Shown here: positions 30,106-39,929 of the stretch, in pieces
Numbering within the stretch: the stretch's first letter is position 1
How the letters are laid out: every line of letters starts with the position of its first letter
Assembly (NCBI GenBank): GCA_963746845.1
Contig: CAVVCZ010000004.1
Location: 96,001-160,000, forward strand
Origin: an uncultured Chloroflexia bacterium
GTDB lineage: Bacteria > Chloroflexota > Limnocylindria > Limnocylindrales > CSP1-4
Length of the DNA: 64,000 bases
Reading direction: 5' to 3'
The notes under the pieces: generated by a model
What the model was told of the DNA's origin: nothing
Seen by the model: only the letters and a program-made list of their open reading frames with translations
Databases searched by the model: none
Position numbers and translations under genes: made by a program

Positions 30106-30585
30106 ATGGACGAGGCGTCCGTCATCGACTACATCATCGGGTCGTTCGAGGCCGTCGATCGGGTCGAGGCCGACGGCAACTCGTTCTTCTCGTACGACCC
30201 GGAGCACAAGATCCCGTTCGCGACGATCGTCACGAGCAATCTGTACGACCGCTTCTCCGACCTCGATCGACCCGGCGTCTACCGGCTCAACATCGGTGTC
30301 GGGCGCGAGACGTGGGCGTCCCTGTTCGGTCCCCTGACGCGGAGCAAGCCGGGCGATCACGGGTTGGGATCCGGCAGTGACAAGGCCTGGGACTTCACCG
30401 CGCTCGACACCCTGATGCCCCACCCGGTTTATGGACGGATGCACTGGATCTGCGTGCTGAACCCGTCCGAGTCGACGTTCGAGACGATCAAGCCCCACCT
30501 GTCCGAGGCGTACGACCTCGATGTCGCCCGGACCGTGATGCGCGCGTCCGCCAGGGCGGCGCGTCCGGCCGCGAACGAGGGCTGA
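30106..30585 (+). CDS. DUF6194-like protein
   Basis: PFATIVT, SDLDRPGVYRLNIGVG, DFTALDTLMPHPVYG..HWICVLNP. Confidence 0.8.
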   Translation: MDEASVIDYIIGSFEAVDRVEADGNSFFSYDPEHKIPFATIVTSNLYDRFSDLDRPGVYRLNIGVGRETWASLFGPLTRSKPGDHGLGSGSDKAWDFTALDTLMPHPVYGRMHWICVLNPSESTFETIKPHLSEAYDLDVARTVMRASARAARPAANEG

Positions 30586-30647
30586 TCCCGGATCGGCGCA
30601 GATGCGTGCGCCGGATCCGGCAGCGGGCGGTCGCGCCCGCGCGTTCG

Positions 30648-30894
30648 TCAGGCGCCCTCGCTGACCTCGTACAGCACGCCGGCGACGAGACCGGGGCCTC
30701 GCGGTGGACCTGGTTCGCGGTCTCGCGGTCCGGTGCGTCGACGAGGCAGAACACCTTGCCCGCCTCCTCGTCCACCCAGTAGTGCTTGTAGTTGACGCCG
30801 TAGGCGCCCTGGACGCGGACGTCCGCGGCATGGGCCCCGCGGCGGCATCGGCGGTCACGCCCGGGATGTCGTGGATATCCAGATAGGTCGACAC
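30648..30894 (-). CDS. DUF4242 / SCO4226-like small nickel-binding protein (frameshifted)
   Basis: YLDIHD...AHAADVRVQGAYGVNYKHYWVDEEAGKVFCLVDAPD.E.ANQVHREA across frames. Confidence 0.75.
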
Positions 30895-31207
30895 AGCAAC
30901 CCTCCCTGATGGTGGGGCGCGAGTGGATCTCGTCCCTCACCGCTCGGAACGCCCGTTGCTCGCGCAATGGTTTCGCCGGGGCTGCCTGCCGCGCCAGGCC
31001 ATTTCGGGTGGAACTCCAGGTTCTGGTCCGATCGGCTACGATGCCGCGCGTTCCTGGAGTCGGCCATGGCGGGCGTTCCGTGGTGCGTTCCGTCATCGTC
31101 TGCGGCCGCCGGAGTTGCGCGAGCGATTGACGGCTGCCATCGCGACCGCGACTGTGCGTGAACATCAACCGACGCCAGACGTTCTCAGACCACCACGGAG
31201 GGCCTCG

Positions 31208-33088
31208 ATGCGGACCGGCGCGCCGGCGAACATGCCGCGACGGCGACGGCGACGGGCGGCGACACGAGCGATCGGCGTCGCCGCCGCCGTCAGCCTCCTG
31301 GTCGGTGCGGGCTCCGCTCCTGTCTCCGCGGCGTCGACGGATCTCCTCGCCGCACCGGTCCCGTACGCGACGGGCACGAACCCGCATTCGGTGGCCGTCG
31401 GCGACGTGAACCTGGACGGCAAGCTCGACCTGGTCGTCGGCAACGCGCACAGCAACAACGTCAGCGTCCTGCTCGGCAACGGCGACGGGACGTTCGGCAA
31501 CAAGCACGACGTGAGCGTGGGGAGGAGCCCGAAGTCCGTCACCCTCGCCGACTTCGACGGCGACACCAGGCTCGACCTGGCCGTCGTCAACCAGGACGAC
31601 AGCACGATGAGCATCCTGCTCGGGGACGGCACCGGCACCTTCACGCTGAAGGCGACGGCCGGCACCTGCACGCACGGTCACGACATCACCACCGGCGACT
31701 TCGACAACGACGGGAAGCGCGACGTCGCGGTCGCCTGCTGGGGCAGCAGCTCGCTGAGCATCCACCTCGGCAACGGCGACGGCACCTTCCAGGCGAAGCT
31801 GGACATCCTCTCGGGGAGCGCGCCGCACTCGCTGGTCGTGGGACGGTTCAACGCCGACGCGTTCGACGACATCGCCGTCGCCAATCACGGTGGCGACAAC
31901 GTCGGGGTCCTCCTCGGCAAGGGCAACGGCGCGTTCGACGCTGTGGTCACATACGGCGTCGGAGACGGCCCGCATTCCATCCGCGCCGCCGACCTCGATG
32001 CCGACGGGCACGTCGACCTGGCAGTTGTGAACGACGGCAGCGACACGGTGAGCATCCTCCTCGGTCAAGGCACCGGCGCGTTCGCCGCTGCGGTCCCGTA
32101 TGCCACCGGCCACGTGCCGAAGGGCGCCACGATCGCCGACATCGACGGCGACGGACATCTCGACGTCCTGACCGCCAACACCGGTGGCAACGGGGACGGC
32201 GTCACCGGCCGGCCCGGTGGCGACGTGATGAGCCTGCTGCTCGGGAACGGCAATGGCACGTTCCAGTCGCCGACAAGCTACCCCGCCGGTCAGACCTCGT
32301 TCTCGATCACGACCGGCCTGCTCAACGCCGACAGCAAACCCGACGTCGTCACCGCCAACTGGGAGGGCAACGGCGCGTCGGTCATGTTGAACACGAGCGG
32401 CGGATCCGGCCCGCCGCCTCCGTCCGACACGACCCCACCGACCGTCGACGTCACGGGAGTTTCCTTCCGGACGGCGCTGACGGCGAGCGCCACGGCCCAG
32501 CCGGTCCTGGTGCGCTGGACTGCAGGCGACGACGACAGCGGCCTGGCGTCATTCGTCGTCACACGGACGATCGACGGCGGGCCGGTGGCCACGCTCGCGA
32601 CGCTCGGCCCCTCCGCGCGCTCCTACGGCACGAGCATCGCGCCGGGCCATACGGCGACGTTCACCGTCCAGGCAAGGGACGTCGCGGGCAATGTCAACGC
32701 CTCGGCCGGCTCGGCGCGCCCCGCGATCTACCAGGACGGGACGTCCTACAGCTCGTATCACGGGACCTGGACCACGTCCCGGAGCACCAGCGCGATCGGC
32801 GGAACCACGCGGTTCGCGACGAAGACCGGAGCGAGCGCCACCTTCCGGTTCACCGGTCGCGCCGTGGCGCTCGTCGCTCCGCTGAGCCCCATCCGGGGCC
32901 GGGTCAAGGTGTACGTGGACAGCGTCTATGTCACGACCGTGACCCTGACGTCGACGTCCGGACATTCCCGTCAGGTCGTGTTCGAGCGAGCGTGGACGAC
33001 GTCAGGCGCTCACACGATGACCCTGATCGCGAACGGTCCCTCGGGCCATCCGCGGGTCGACATCGATGCCTGGATGATCATCCGATAG
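31208..33088 (+). CDS. secreted FG-GAP/VCBS repeat protein with C-terminal FN3-like and beta-sandwich module
   Basis: About seven repeats of GDxNxDGKLDLxVxN...VSVLLGNGDGTF; signal peptide; GGAGGG RBS. Confidence 0.9.
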   Translation: MRTGAPANMPRRRRRRAATRAIGVAAAVSLLVGAGSAPVSAASTDLLAAPVPYATGTNPHSVAVGDVNLDGKLDLVVGNAHSNNVSVLLGNGDGTFGNKHDVSVGRSPKSVTLADFDGDTRLDLAVVNQDDSTMSILLGDGTGTFTLKATAGTCTHGHDITTGDFDNDGKRDVAVACWGSSSLSIHLGNGDGTFQAKLDILSGSAPHSLVVGRFNADAFDDIAVANHGGDNVGVLLGKGNGAFDAVVTYGVGDGPHSIRAADLDADGHVDLAVVNDGSDTVSILLGQGTGAFAAAVPYATGHVPKGATIADIDGDGHLDVLTANTGGNGDGVTGRPGGDVMSLLLGNGNGTFQSPTSYPAGQTSFSITTGLLNADSKPDVVTANWEGNGASVMLNTSGGSGPPPPSDTTPPTVDVTGVSFRTALTASATAQPVLVRWTAGDDDSGLASFVVTRTIDGGPVATLATLGPSARSYGTSIAPGHTATFTVQARDVAGNVNASAGSARPAIYQDGTSYSSYHGTWTTSRSTSAIGGTTRFATKTGASATFRFTGRAVALVAPLSPIRGRVKVYVDSVYVTTVTLTSTSGHSRQVVFERAWTTSGAHTMTLIANGPSGHPRVDIDAWMIIR

Positions 33089-33218
33089 CGAGCCGACCGC
33101 GCTCGCGTCGAGGGCCGCGGCGTGGGTTCCCGCGGCGGCATCCGCTGCCGCCCTCGCCGCCTTGGCCGTCCGGACGGCATACTGCAGACCGAGCCCACGA
33201 CGATCGGATGGAGGATCC

Positions 33219-33836
33219 ATGGCACGCGATGACGAGCGCCGACGGCGCGCGGAACAGGAGCCGATCGTCGGGGGTCTGCCGGACGCCCCGGGGATCCTGG
33301 CGGCGATCCGCCTGACACCGAACCTCGGAGTCCATCTCCGAGGGCTCGCCGACGAGCTGCTCGTCAACGACTTCCCGGGTGCCACGATCAGCCGCCCGCA
33401 GCGAGAGATGCTCGCGACGGCCACGTCCGCGGCGAACGACTGCTTCTACTGCATGGACTCGCACGGCGCGTTCGCGACGGCGCTCCTCGAGACGAACGGT
33501 GCCGACGAGCTCGTGCCGCTGATCGACGAGATCAAGCAGGGGTCGTCCGACGGGCTCGACCCGAAGATGCAGGCCCTGCTCCACATCACCCGGACGGTCC
33601 GGCGCGATCCGCTCGAGCTCACGGACGCCGATGTCGCGGCGGCCCACGCCGAAGGGGCGAGCGACGGCGACGTCCAGCTCGCGGTCCTGATCGCGGCCGC
33701 GTTCTCGATGTACAACCGGATGGTCGACGGGTTCCGGGCACGGACGCCGCCGACGGCCGAGGCCTATCGCGACCGCGCCGGCGAGATCGCGGCGCACGGA
33801 TACAGCGCGCCCCAGGTCCAGTCCGTCCCGCGCTAG
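33219..33836 (+). CDS. AhpD/carboxymuconolactone decarboxylase-family peroxidase-related protein
   Basis: REMLATATSAANDCFYCMDSH, FSMYNRMVDG. Confidence 0.85.
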   Translation: MARDDERRRRAEQEPIVGGLPDAPGILAAIRLTPNLGVHLRGLADELLVNDFPGATISRPQREMLATATSAANDCFYCMDSHGAFATALLETNGADELVPLIDEIKQGSSDGLDPKMQALLHITRTVRRDPLELTDADVAAAHAEGASDGDVQLAVLIAAAFSMYNRMVDGFRARTPPTAEAYRDRAGEIAAHGYSAPQVQSVPR

Positions 33837-33867
33837 CTCCCGGGCCATCCGCGCGGCGTGCCGCCGT

Positions 33868-34254
33868 TCAACCCTTCGGCTGGACCACCGACAGGACATT
33901 CCGGCTCGGATCGAGGAACCAGGCCGCCCACGAGTGGCCCATGTCGGCGACCCCGTCGACCGTCACCGGGTCCGGCGCGGCGTAGTCCTCGATCCTGACG
34001 CCCATCGCGCGGAGCTCGGCGACGGCAGCGTGGATGTCGGGGACGCGCCACGCCATCTGCGTCTGGGTGTCGGTCGTTCCGACCGTGCTCTCGGTGACCA
34101 CGAGCTGTGTGCCGGCACCGCACCGGAAGACGATCCGGTCCGGGTCCCGGCGGGCGACCTCGAGCCCGAGCAGGTCGCGGTAGAACGTCAGGCTGGCGTC
34201 CAGGTTCGTCGACAGGAGGATGGGGAACACCGGTCCGTCGTTGAGGATGCCCAT
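33868..34254 (-). CDS. VOC family protein
   Basis: FYRDLLGL, V.ELRAMGVRIEDY, AWFLDPSRN. Confidence 0.85.
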   Translation of the reverse strand: MGILNDGPVFPILLSTNLDASLTFYRDLLGLEVARRDPDRIVFRCGAGTQLVVTESTVGTTDTQTQMAWRVPDIHAAVAELRAMGVRIEDYAAPDPVTVDGVADMGHSWAAWFLDPSRNVLSVVQPKG

Positions 34255-34262
34255 GGAATGCG

Positions 34263-34508
34263 TCAGGCCTTCGCGGCGGCTCCGCTCCCGATCGACTGGC
34301 CGATCGCGGCGATCAGCTGCCGGGCCTGCTCGCGATCCTTCTCGTTGGGGTGGTCGTGGTCGGCCATCATCCCGCAGTACACGCTGTGGATCGCCTGCGT
34401 CATCGTGTCGACGTCGGCCATCCATACGCCGCGTTCGAGGAGGGCGCCCATCGCGTCGTCCACGGTTGCGCGGTGCATCGCATCGTCGAGAGCTTCTCGC
34501 GTCGTCAT
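34263..34508 (-). CDS. small hypothetical Met/His-rich protein
   Basis: GGAGGTG RBS; IHSVYCGMMADHDHP motif. Confidence 0.65.
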   Translation of the reverse strand: MTTREALDDAMHRATVDDAMGALLERGVWMADVDTMTQAIHSVYCGMMADHDHPNEKDREQARQLIAAIGQSIGSGAAAKA

Positions 34509-34663
34509 CGGGGACACCTCCGCCGATAGCCTAACGCTGCGAGTGTGCCCACACCATGCGAATGCTGCGTCCCCACCTTGACCCGTGACAGCCGAACGCC
34601 GATGCTGGCGCCGGTCTCCCGAGCCACTGCTGCGTGGCCGGACGCCACTGGAGGGCTCGCCGG

Positions 34664-35674
34664 ATGAAGAACCCACCCATCCTGGTCGCGGTCATCGGCT
34701 TCTTCGGGGCGCTGGCTGGCTTCGGCTACCTGTTCTTCGGGCTGCGCGTGCTCGGCTTTGACTGGTTCGGCGCCCTGGGCGACCTGCCGGCCGTCGAGCA
34801 CGTCGGATTGTGGGGCTGGCTGGCCGTCGCGACCGGGATCGTGTGGATCCTCGCGGCGCTCGGTCTCTGGTCGCTCCAACCATGGGCTCGCCTGTTCGCG
34901 ATGCTCATCGCGGGCTTCGCGCTGTTCGAGGCGGTCCTCGCGTTCTTCAGCGCCCCCGGCAGCGGTATCGGCTTCGGCATGGCGATCATGCCCGCCCTGA
35001 TCCTGTGGTACCTGAGCACGAACGAGGTGAAGGCCGCGTTCGAAGAGGACGTTCCGGCGGAACCCGTCCCATCGGCGGCTCCCGCGGCATTCGCGGCCGC
35101 CGTGCCGGTCGCGACCAGGGCACCGGAGCCCCCTGCGGCTCCCGTGGCCGCCGCCGTGGCTCCGGTGGCGGCCGCCGCGGCCGTGACGCCTGCGGCCCCT
35201 GTCGCGCCCGCGACACCCGCGGCCCCGGTCGCGCCCGCGGCGACGCCCGCCGTGGGATCCGGAGGGTCGACGAAGCTCGTGGACATCGAGGGGATCGGAT
35301 CGTCGCAGGCGGCCACGCTCGCGGCGGCGGGCATCGTCACGACCGACGATCTGCTCCGCGCCGCATCGAGGCGCATCGACCGCGACCGGATCGCCGCGGC
35401 GACCGGGATCAGTGCGGGGCAGCTCCTGGAGTGGGTCAACAAGGCGGACCTCATGCGCCTGCCCGGCGTCGGCCCGGAATACAGCGACCTGCTCGAGGCC
35501 GCGGGCGTCGATTCGCCCGCCGAGCTCGCCCAGCGCAACCCGGCAAACCTGGCGACCACGTTCCAGGAGGTCGTCGCCGCGCGACCCGACATCGTGCGCC
35601 GCGTCCCCGGCGAAGCCGAGGTCGCGGGCTGGATCGAGGAAGCGAAGAGGCTCGACAAGGTCGTCGAGCACTGA
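34664..35674 (+). CDS. membrane protein fused through an Ala/Pro linker to a DUF4332 (helix-hairpin-helix) domain
   Basis: Four TM helices; DIEGIG, LEWVNKADLMRLPGVGPEYSDLLEAAGVD..ELAQRN. Confidence 0.8.
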   Translation: MKNPPILVAVIGFFGALAGFGYLFFGLRVLGFDWFGALGDLPAVEHVGLWGWLAVATGIVWILAALGLWSLQPWARLFAMLIAGFALFEAVLAFFSAPGSGIGFGMAIMPALILWYLSTNEVKAAFEEDVPAEPVPSAAPAAFAAAVPVATRAPEPPAAPVAAAVAPVAAAAAVTPAAPVAPATPAAPVAPAATPAVGSGGSTKLVDIEGIGSSQAATLAAAGIVTTDDLLRAASRRIDRDRIAAATGISAGQLLEWVNKADLMRLPGVGPEYSDLLEAAGVDSPAELAQRNPANLATTFQEVVAARPDIVRRVPGEAEVAGWIEEAKRLDKVVEH

Positions 35675-35801
35675 TCGCCGCGCGGTCGGCGGGCGGTCGG
35701 CCTGGCTCGAGGAGCCATTGCGGCCCGCCGACCGCCGAGACGCGCATCGCGGGCACCGCGCCCATCCCGGGTCGTTGATCGGAGTGGCTACGATAGGGTC
35801 C

Positions 35802-37532
35802 ATGCCGGACCCGTCACACCTGCATGTCACCCGGGGCGCGCCGGGGCCGGGCGACCCTGCCGTCCCTCGACGCGACGACGCGCTTCCCGTCATCCTCCTC
35901 GTGGACGACGAGGACGCGTCGCGCTCGGCGCTCCTCGAGGCCGTCGACCGACGATACGGACACGACTACGACGTGACGGCCGAGTCGTCGGCGGCAGAGG
36001 CGATGCGCCGACTGGAGGACCTGCACGAGAACGGTCGGCCGGTCGCGATGGTCGTCGCGGACCATTGGATGGCCGGCGAGACCGGCGCGTCGCTGCTCGC
36101 GCGGTCGCGCCGGCTGCATCCCCAGGCCCAGCGGCTGCTCCTGACCGACTGGTCCGACTTCACCGCCCTCGACGCCACCGTTCAGTCGATCATCCTCGGC
36201 GAGATCGACACCTGGGTCGCTCGGCCGTTCGGACCCTCCGACGAGGAGTTCCATACCGTCCTCACGGCGTCGCTCGCCCGATGGACGCACGAGAGCGATC
36301 GGGCCGGCGTGGCCCTCACGATCGTCGGCGATCCATGGGACACGGCAGCGGGCGCGCTCCGGGACGCATTCGCGCGCCTCCTCGTGCCATTCGCGTTCCG
36401 CGATGCCCAATCGCCGGAGGGCCACGCCATGCTCGAGGCGGCCGGGACCGAGGGCCCACTGCCGGTGGTGGTCCTGGCCGATGGGCGGGCTCTGGCGCAG
36501 CCGGGGTTGGCCGACATCTCGGCTGCGCTCGGCATCCAGAGCTCGGTGAGCGACGGCCGCGTCGACGTCGCCGTGATCGGCGGTGGTCCGGCCGGGCTCG
36601 CGGCGGCGGTCTACGGCGCGTCGGAAGGCCTGACCGTGACCGTGATCGAGTCGACCGCCATCGGGGGTCAGGCGAGCTCGAGCCCGATGATGCGGAACTA
36701 TCTCGGATTCCCGGCCGGGGTCACCGGTGCCGAACTGACGGCGCGTGGGTTCCAGCAGGCCCTGACGTTCGGTGCGAAGTTCGTCTTCGGCAGATCCGCG
36801 ACAGACCTTCGTGCCGAGGGCGAGGACCTGGTGCTCACCCTCGACGATTCGTCGGAGCTGCGGACGGGCGCCGTTGTCGTCGCGACCGGCGTTTCCTACC
36901 GACGGGTTGGCGTCGAACGCCTGGAGGCGCTCGTCGGGCGCGGGGTCTTCTACGGCTCCGGAACGAGCGAGGCGCGCGCGATCGAAGGGGAGCGCGTCTA
37001 CGTCGTCGGCGGCGCCAACTCGGCCGGGTCCGCGGCGATGCACCTGGCGCGGCACGCGGCCCACGTCACGCTCCTCGTCCGCGGCGGATCGATCTCGGAC
37101 ACGATGTCCGACTACCTGATCCGCGAGATCGACAACGCGGCCAACGTCGACGTCCGGCTGAGCACGGAGATCGTGGACGTCCGCGGCGACCTCAGGCTGG
37201 AGGGGCTCGTCCTGCGTGATCGGGTGACCGGAACGACGGACGAGGTGCCCGCGGCCGCGACGTTCATCCTGATCGGCGCGGCCCCGCGGACCGCCTGGCT
37301 CCCGCCGGAGGTCGCCCGCGACGACCACGGGTTCATCCTCACCGGCGAGCAGCGGCCCGATCCCACCGACGGGCTCGGCCTGGCCACGACCATGCCCGGC
37401 GTGTTCGCCGCGGGCGACGTCCGCAACAACCCCGTGAAGCGCGTGGCCGCGGCGGTCGGCGACGGTTCGACCGCCATTCGCCAGATCCACGAGCTCCGCA
37501 TCCAGCGCCGGCATGCCTCGACCCCCGTCTGA
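35802..37532 (+). CDS. receiver-domain / thioredoxin-reductase-like FAD oxidoreductase fusion
   Basis: ILLVDDE and ADHWM receiver; GGGPAGL, GGANSAG, GVFAAGDVR, KRVAAAVGDG. Confidence 0.9.
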   Translation: MPDPSHLHVTRGAPGPGDPAVPRRDDALPVILLVDDEDASRSALLEAVDRRYGHDYDVTAESSAAEAMRRLEDLHENGRPVAMVVADHWMAGETGASLLARSRRLHPQAQRLLLTDWSDFTALDATVQSIILGEIDTWVARPFGPSDEEFHTVLTASLARWTHESDRAGVALTIVGDPWDTAAGALRDAFARLLVPFAFRDAQSPEGHAMLEAAGTEGPLPVVVLADGRALAQPGLADISAALGIQSSVSDGRVDVAVIGGGPAGLAAAVYGASEGLTVTVIESTAIGGQASSSPMMRNYLGFPAGVTGAELTARGFQQALTFGAKFVFGRSATDLRAEGEDLVLTLDDSSELRTGAVVVATGVSYRRVGVERLEALVGRGVFYGSGTSEARAIEGERVYVVGGANSAGSAAMHLARHAAHVTLLVRGGSISDTMSDYLIREIDNAANVDVRLSTEIVDVRGDLRLEGLVLRDRVTGTTDEVPAAATFILIGAAPRTAWLPPEVARDDHGFILTGEQRPDPTDGLGLATTMPGVFAAGDVRNNPVKRVAAAVGDGSTAIRQIHELRIQRRHASTPV

Positions 37533-37562
37533 GGGGTCGCGGGGATCGAGGTCGGGATCAGC

Positions 37563-37598
37563 ATGAAAGACGACATTCCGATGAAAGACGACATTCCG
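37563..37598 (+). repeat. perfect 2 x 18 bp tandem duplication at the start codon
   Basis: atgaaagacgacattccg twice. Confidence 0.95.
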
Positions 37599-38048
37599 CC
37601 GACCGGGACCCATGGCGCGAGGATGCCGCCCGGCCGGATGCTTCGGTTCGGGACGGGCGTCGTCGCGCTGCTCTACCGGGTCACTGGTGGGCTCACTGGT
37701 GGACACCACATGCTGCTGCTCACGACGATCGGCGCCCGTTCGGGAGCCCAGCGGACCGCCTCGCTGCGGCGCTTCGAGGATGGCCCGGGTCGCTGGCTCG
37801 TCGTCGGGTCAGCCGGTGGCGCGGCCAGGCATCCGTCGTGGCTGTTCAACCTCGTCGCCAATCCCGATCAGGCCTCCATCGAAATCGACCGCGACCGGTT
37901 CAAGATCCGACCCGAGATTCTCGGTGGCGATGAACGATCCGTCGCGTGGCGACGGATCGTCGCGGAAGCCCCGCAGTTCGGCAAGTACGAGCACTCGACC
38001 GACCGCGAGATCCCGGTCGTCCGGCTGACCCGCGAGACCTTAGGATGA
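37563..38048 (+). CDS. deazaflavin (F420)-dependent nitroreductase family protein
   Basis: LLLTTIGARSG..R, VGSAGG..HPSWLFNL.ANP, TDREIPVV. Confidence 0.9.
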   Translation: MKDDIPMKDDIPPTGTHGARMPPGRMLRFGTGVVALLYRVTGGLTGGHHMLLLTTIGARSGAQRTASLRRFEDGPGRWLVVGSAGGAARHPSWLFNLVANPDQASIEIDRDRFKIRPEILGGDERSVAWRRIVAEAPQFGKYEHSTDREIPVVRLTRETLG

Positions 38049-38052
38049 CCCG

Positions 38053-38736
38053 ATGACGACCCAGCTTCGCGTGCTCGTCGAACAGCCCACCCGAGGCAAG
38101 CGCTGAGTGGCCGTCGCGGCGGACTGGCCGGGTCTGGAGCGCGGCGGCAAGACAGAGGACGAGGCGGTCGAGAAGCTCGGCCGCTACGTGCCGCGCTACC
38201 TCCCCGTCGCGAAGCGCGTCCGGTTGGATACGGAGCTCGCGACCCAGACCGACCCGGAGATCATCGGCCGGTACCTTGGCGTCGGCTCGACGACTTCTGG
38301 GGCATCTCGTTCGCGCCCTCGCCGCTCGACCGCGAGCCGTTCGACGCGCCGACCTTCGACCGTCAGGTGGGGCTGCTGCGCGCCGCGGGGCCGAGTTCGA
38401 CGAGACGGCCGCCCGGGTCTCGGCGGAGCTCCGGCCCGGTCCCGGGGCGGCGGCCGCTCCCGCGACCAGATCGTGCGGCATGTCCTGGGGAACGAGGGCG
38501 GCGACTTCGCGAAGCGCGTGAAGGCGAAGACCGAGCTGGATGACCTGCAGACGCCGGGCGAGGTCGCCCAGCACCGCGACCGCTTCGTCGAGGCGATGCG
38601 CACGTGGTACGCGGAGGGCAAGCCGCTCGGCAACTGGACGGTCCCGTACCTGCTCCGCCACACGGCGTACCACGTGCTCGATCACACCTGGGAGATGCAG
38701 GACCGAAATCTGACGGACGACGCCCCCGCTGGATGA
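38053..38736 (+). pseudogene. DinB-like hypothetical gene with in-frame stop and frameshifts (pseudogene or read errors)
   Basis: AADWPGLERGGKTE, GGGRSRDQIVRH, WTVPYLLRHTAYHVLDHTWEMQDR; TGA at 38104. Confidence 0.6.
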
Positions 38737-38777
38737 CTTCAGAGCGGGGCGGCGCAGCCAGTGTCGGGAGGGCGGCG

Positions 38778-39356
38778 ATGCCGGGATTGTTCAACCGGGT
38801 GTTGGGCAGGGGTCCGACTCGAGAGGCCGGAACTCCGCCGTTCACGCTTGAGCTCCCTGACGGGTGGGCGGGCGGCCACGGGAACACGGCCTACATGGAC
38901 GCGCTTCGCGACTACGCACTTGCCCACCCCGAGTGTCGCGATCGCGTGAAGGGGCTCCTGGAGAACGCAAGGGCGGACCATGGGACGCTGCTGTATGCGG
39001 CTGCCGCCGCTTGGGGTCCGGAGGCAAGACTTGTCGTGACCACCGGGGAGCTACCCCGCGACTCGGCGATCGACGATGCTCTCGAAGAATCGGTCGCCAC
39101 GAACCTCGAGGCGATCGTCTCTCGCAAGGATCTTGTCGGGGCACCGACCGCAACACGTGTCGACCGTCCATACCCAGGGCGTGTGGTCCGTTGGAGCTGG
39201 GACCATGAGGGTGCGCCGCCAAGCAGTTTCACGGCGTACGTCTTCGCTGCTGACGGCCGCCTGTGGGAGCTCACATTCGGAGCTCCGACGCGTCCGTTGG
39301 CCGCATCGGACGACGAGACATTCCGGGCAATCGCCTCCTCGTTTCGAGCGACGTAG
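38778..39356 (+). CDS. hypothetical protein with atypical codon usage
   Basis: GGAGGG RBS; FTLELPDGW...F.AIASSFR resembles PsbP/DcrB-like proteins; more A/T at third positions than neighbours. Confidence 0.6.
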   Translation: MPGLFNRVLGRGPTREAGTPPFTLELPDGWAGGHGNTAYMDALRDYALAHPECRDRVKGLLENARADHGTLLYAAAAAWGPEARLVVTTGELPRDSAIDDALEESVATNLEAIVSRKDLVGAPTATRVDRPYPGRVVRWSWDHEGAPPSSFTAYVFAADGRLWELTFGAPTRPLAASDDETFRAIASSFRAT

Positions 39357-39370
39357 AGCCGTCCAGCGTC

Positions 39371-39430
39371 ACGACGGTCGTGAAGCTGCCCGAGGACTGC
39401 GTGGCATTGCCGCTTCAGTCCGTCGACCAG
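39371..39430 (+). repeat. decayed copy of the msrA 3' end (copy D)
   Basis: Translates TTVVKLPEDCVALPLQSVD versus consensus [19 protein letters not shown]. Confidence 0.8.
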
Positions 39431-39458
39431 CTCGCGAGTCCGCGGAGCCCTTCCCGCC

Positions 39459-39929
39459 TCACTCCGCGGCGGCGGCCAGCGAATAGAAGCTGATGGCGGC
39501 CACGGACAGCTGGATACACAGGGCGAGCGCGTACACGGTGACGGACGCGAAGACCAGAGCATTCAGTCCGAACAGGGCTGTCGCGGTGATCCCGGAGGCG
39601 ACGACGAACTGCGTCCAGCGGACCCAGGGCACGCGCGCCTGGACGAGCTGTCGACTCCGGACGCTGATGACGAAGACCGCATAGACGAAGACCACGGCGC
39701 TCGAGACGACGATCGTCGTTCGTACGTCGCCGAGCGCGGGGAAGAGCACCGCCGGCAGCAGGCTCTCGAACGTCACGTTGAAGCTCGTCGACACGATGCC
39801 GCGGAGCCGGAAGCGCTGGCCAAACGTCCAGCCGGCCCTGTCCGACCCGAGTCCCGGTGCGATCGCCGCGAAACCCGCCACGACCACAGCGATCGTTGCG
39901 ATCCCGATCAGGAGGGCCTCACCGGGCAT
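39459..39929 (-). CDS. hypothetical membrane protein
   Basis: About five hydrophobic segments; IATIAVVVAGFAAI. Confidence 0.7.
   Translation of the reverse strand: MPGEALLIGIATIAVVVAGFAAIAPGLGSDRAGWTFGQRFRLRGIVSTSFNVTFESLLPAVLFPALGDVRTTIVVSSAVVFVYAVFVISVRSRQLVQARVPWVRWTQFVVASGITATALFGLNALVFASVTVYALALCIQLSVAAISFYSLAAAAE

Noticed and set aside
26684-30894. Clustered frameshifts as programmed frameshifting or pseudogenisation of the zinc system
   Set aside because: Indels hit many unrelated genes with otherwise intact motifs and no slippery sites; sequencing error is more likely, though reads are needed to confirm.
30895-31207. Possible riboswitch in the long intergenic region before the FG-GAP gene
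   Set aside because: I could not match conserved motifs of c-di-GMP, c-di-AMP or other known riboswitches by eye.
31380-32400. Periodic nucleotide repeats resembling an array
   Set aside because: These are coding FG-GAP repeats, not CRISPR; no invariant repeat-spacer structure and no cas genes.
38725-38770. gatgacttc match to the msrA-tail repeat; likewise gggtactgc near 41075
   Set aside because: Only about 9 nt of identity with no convincing extension; could be chance.
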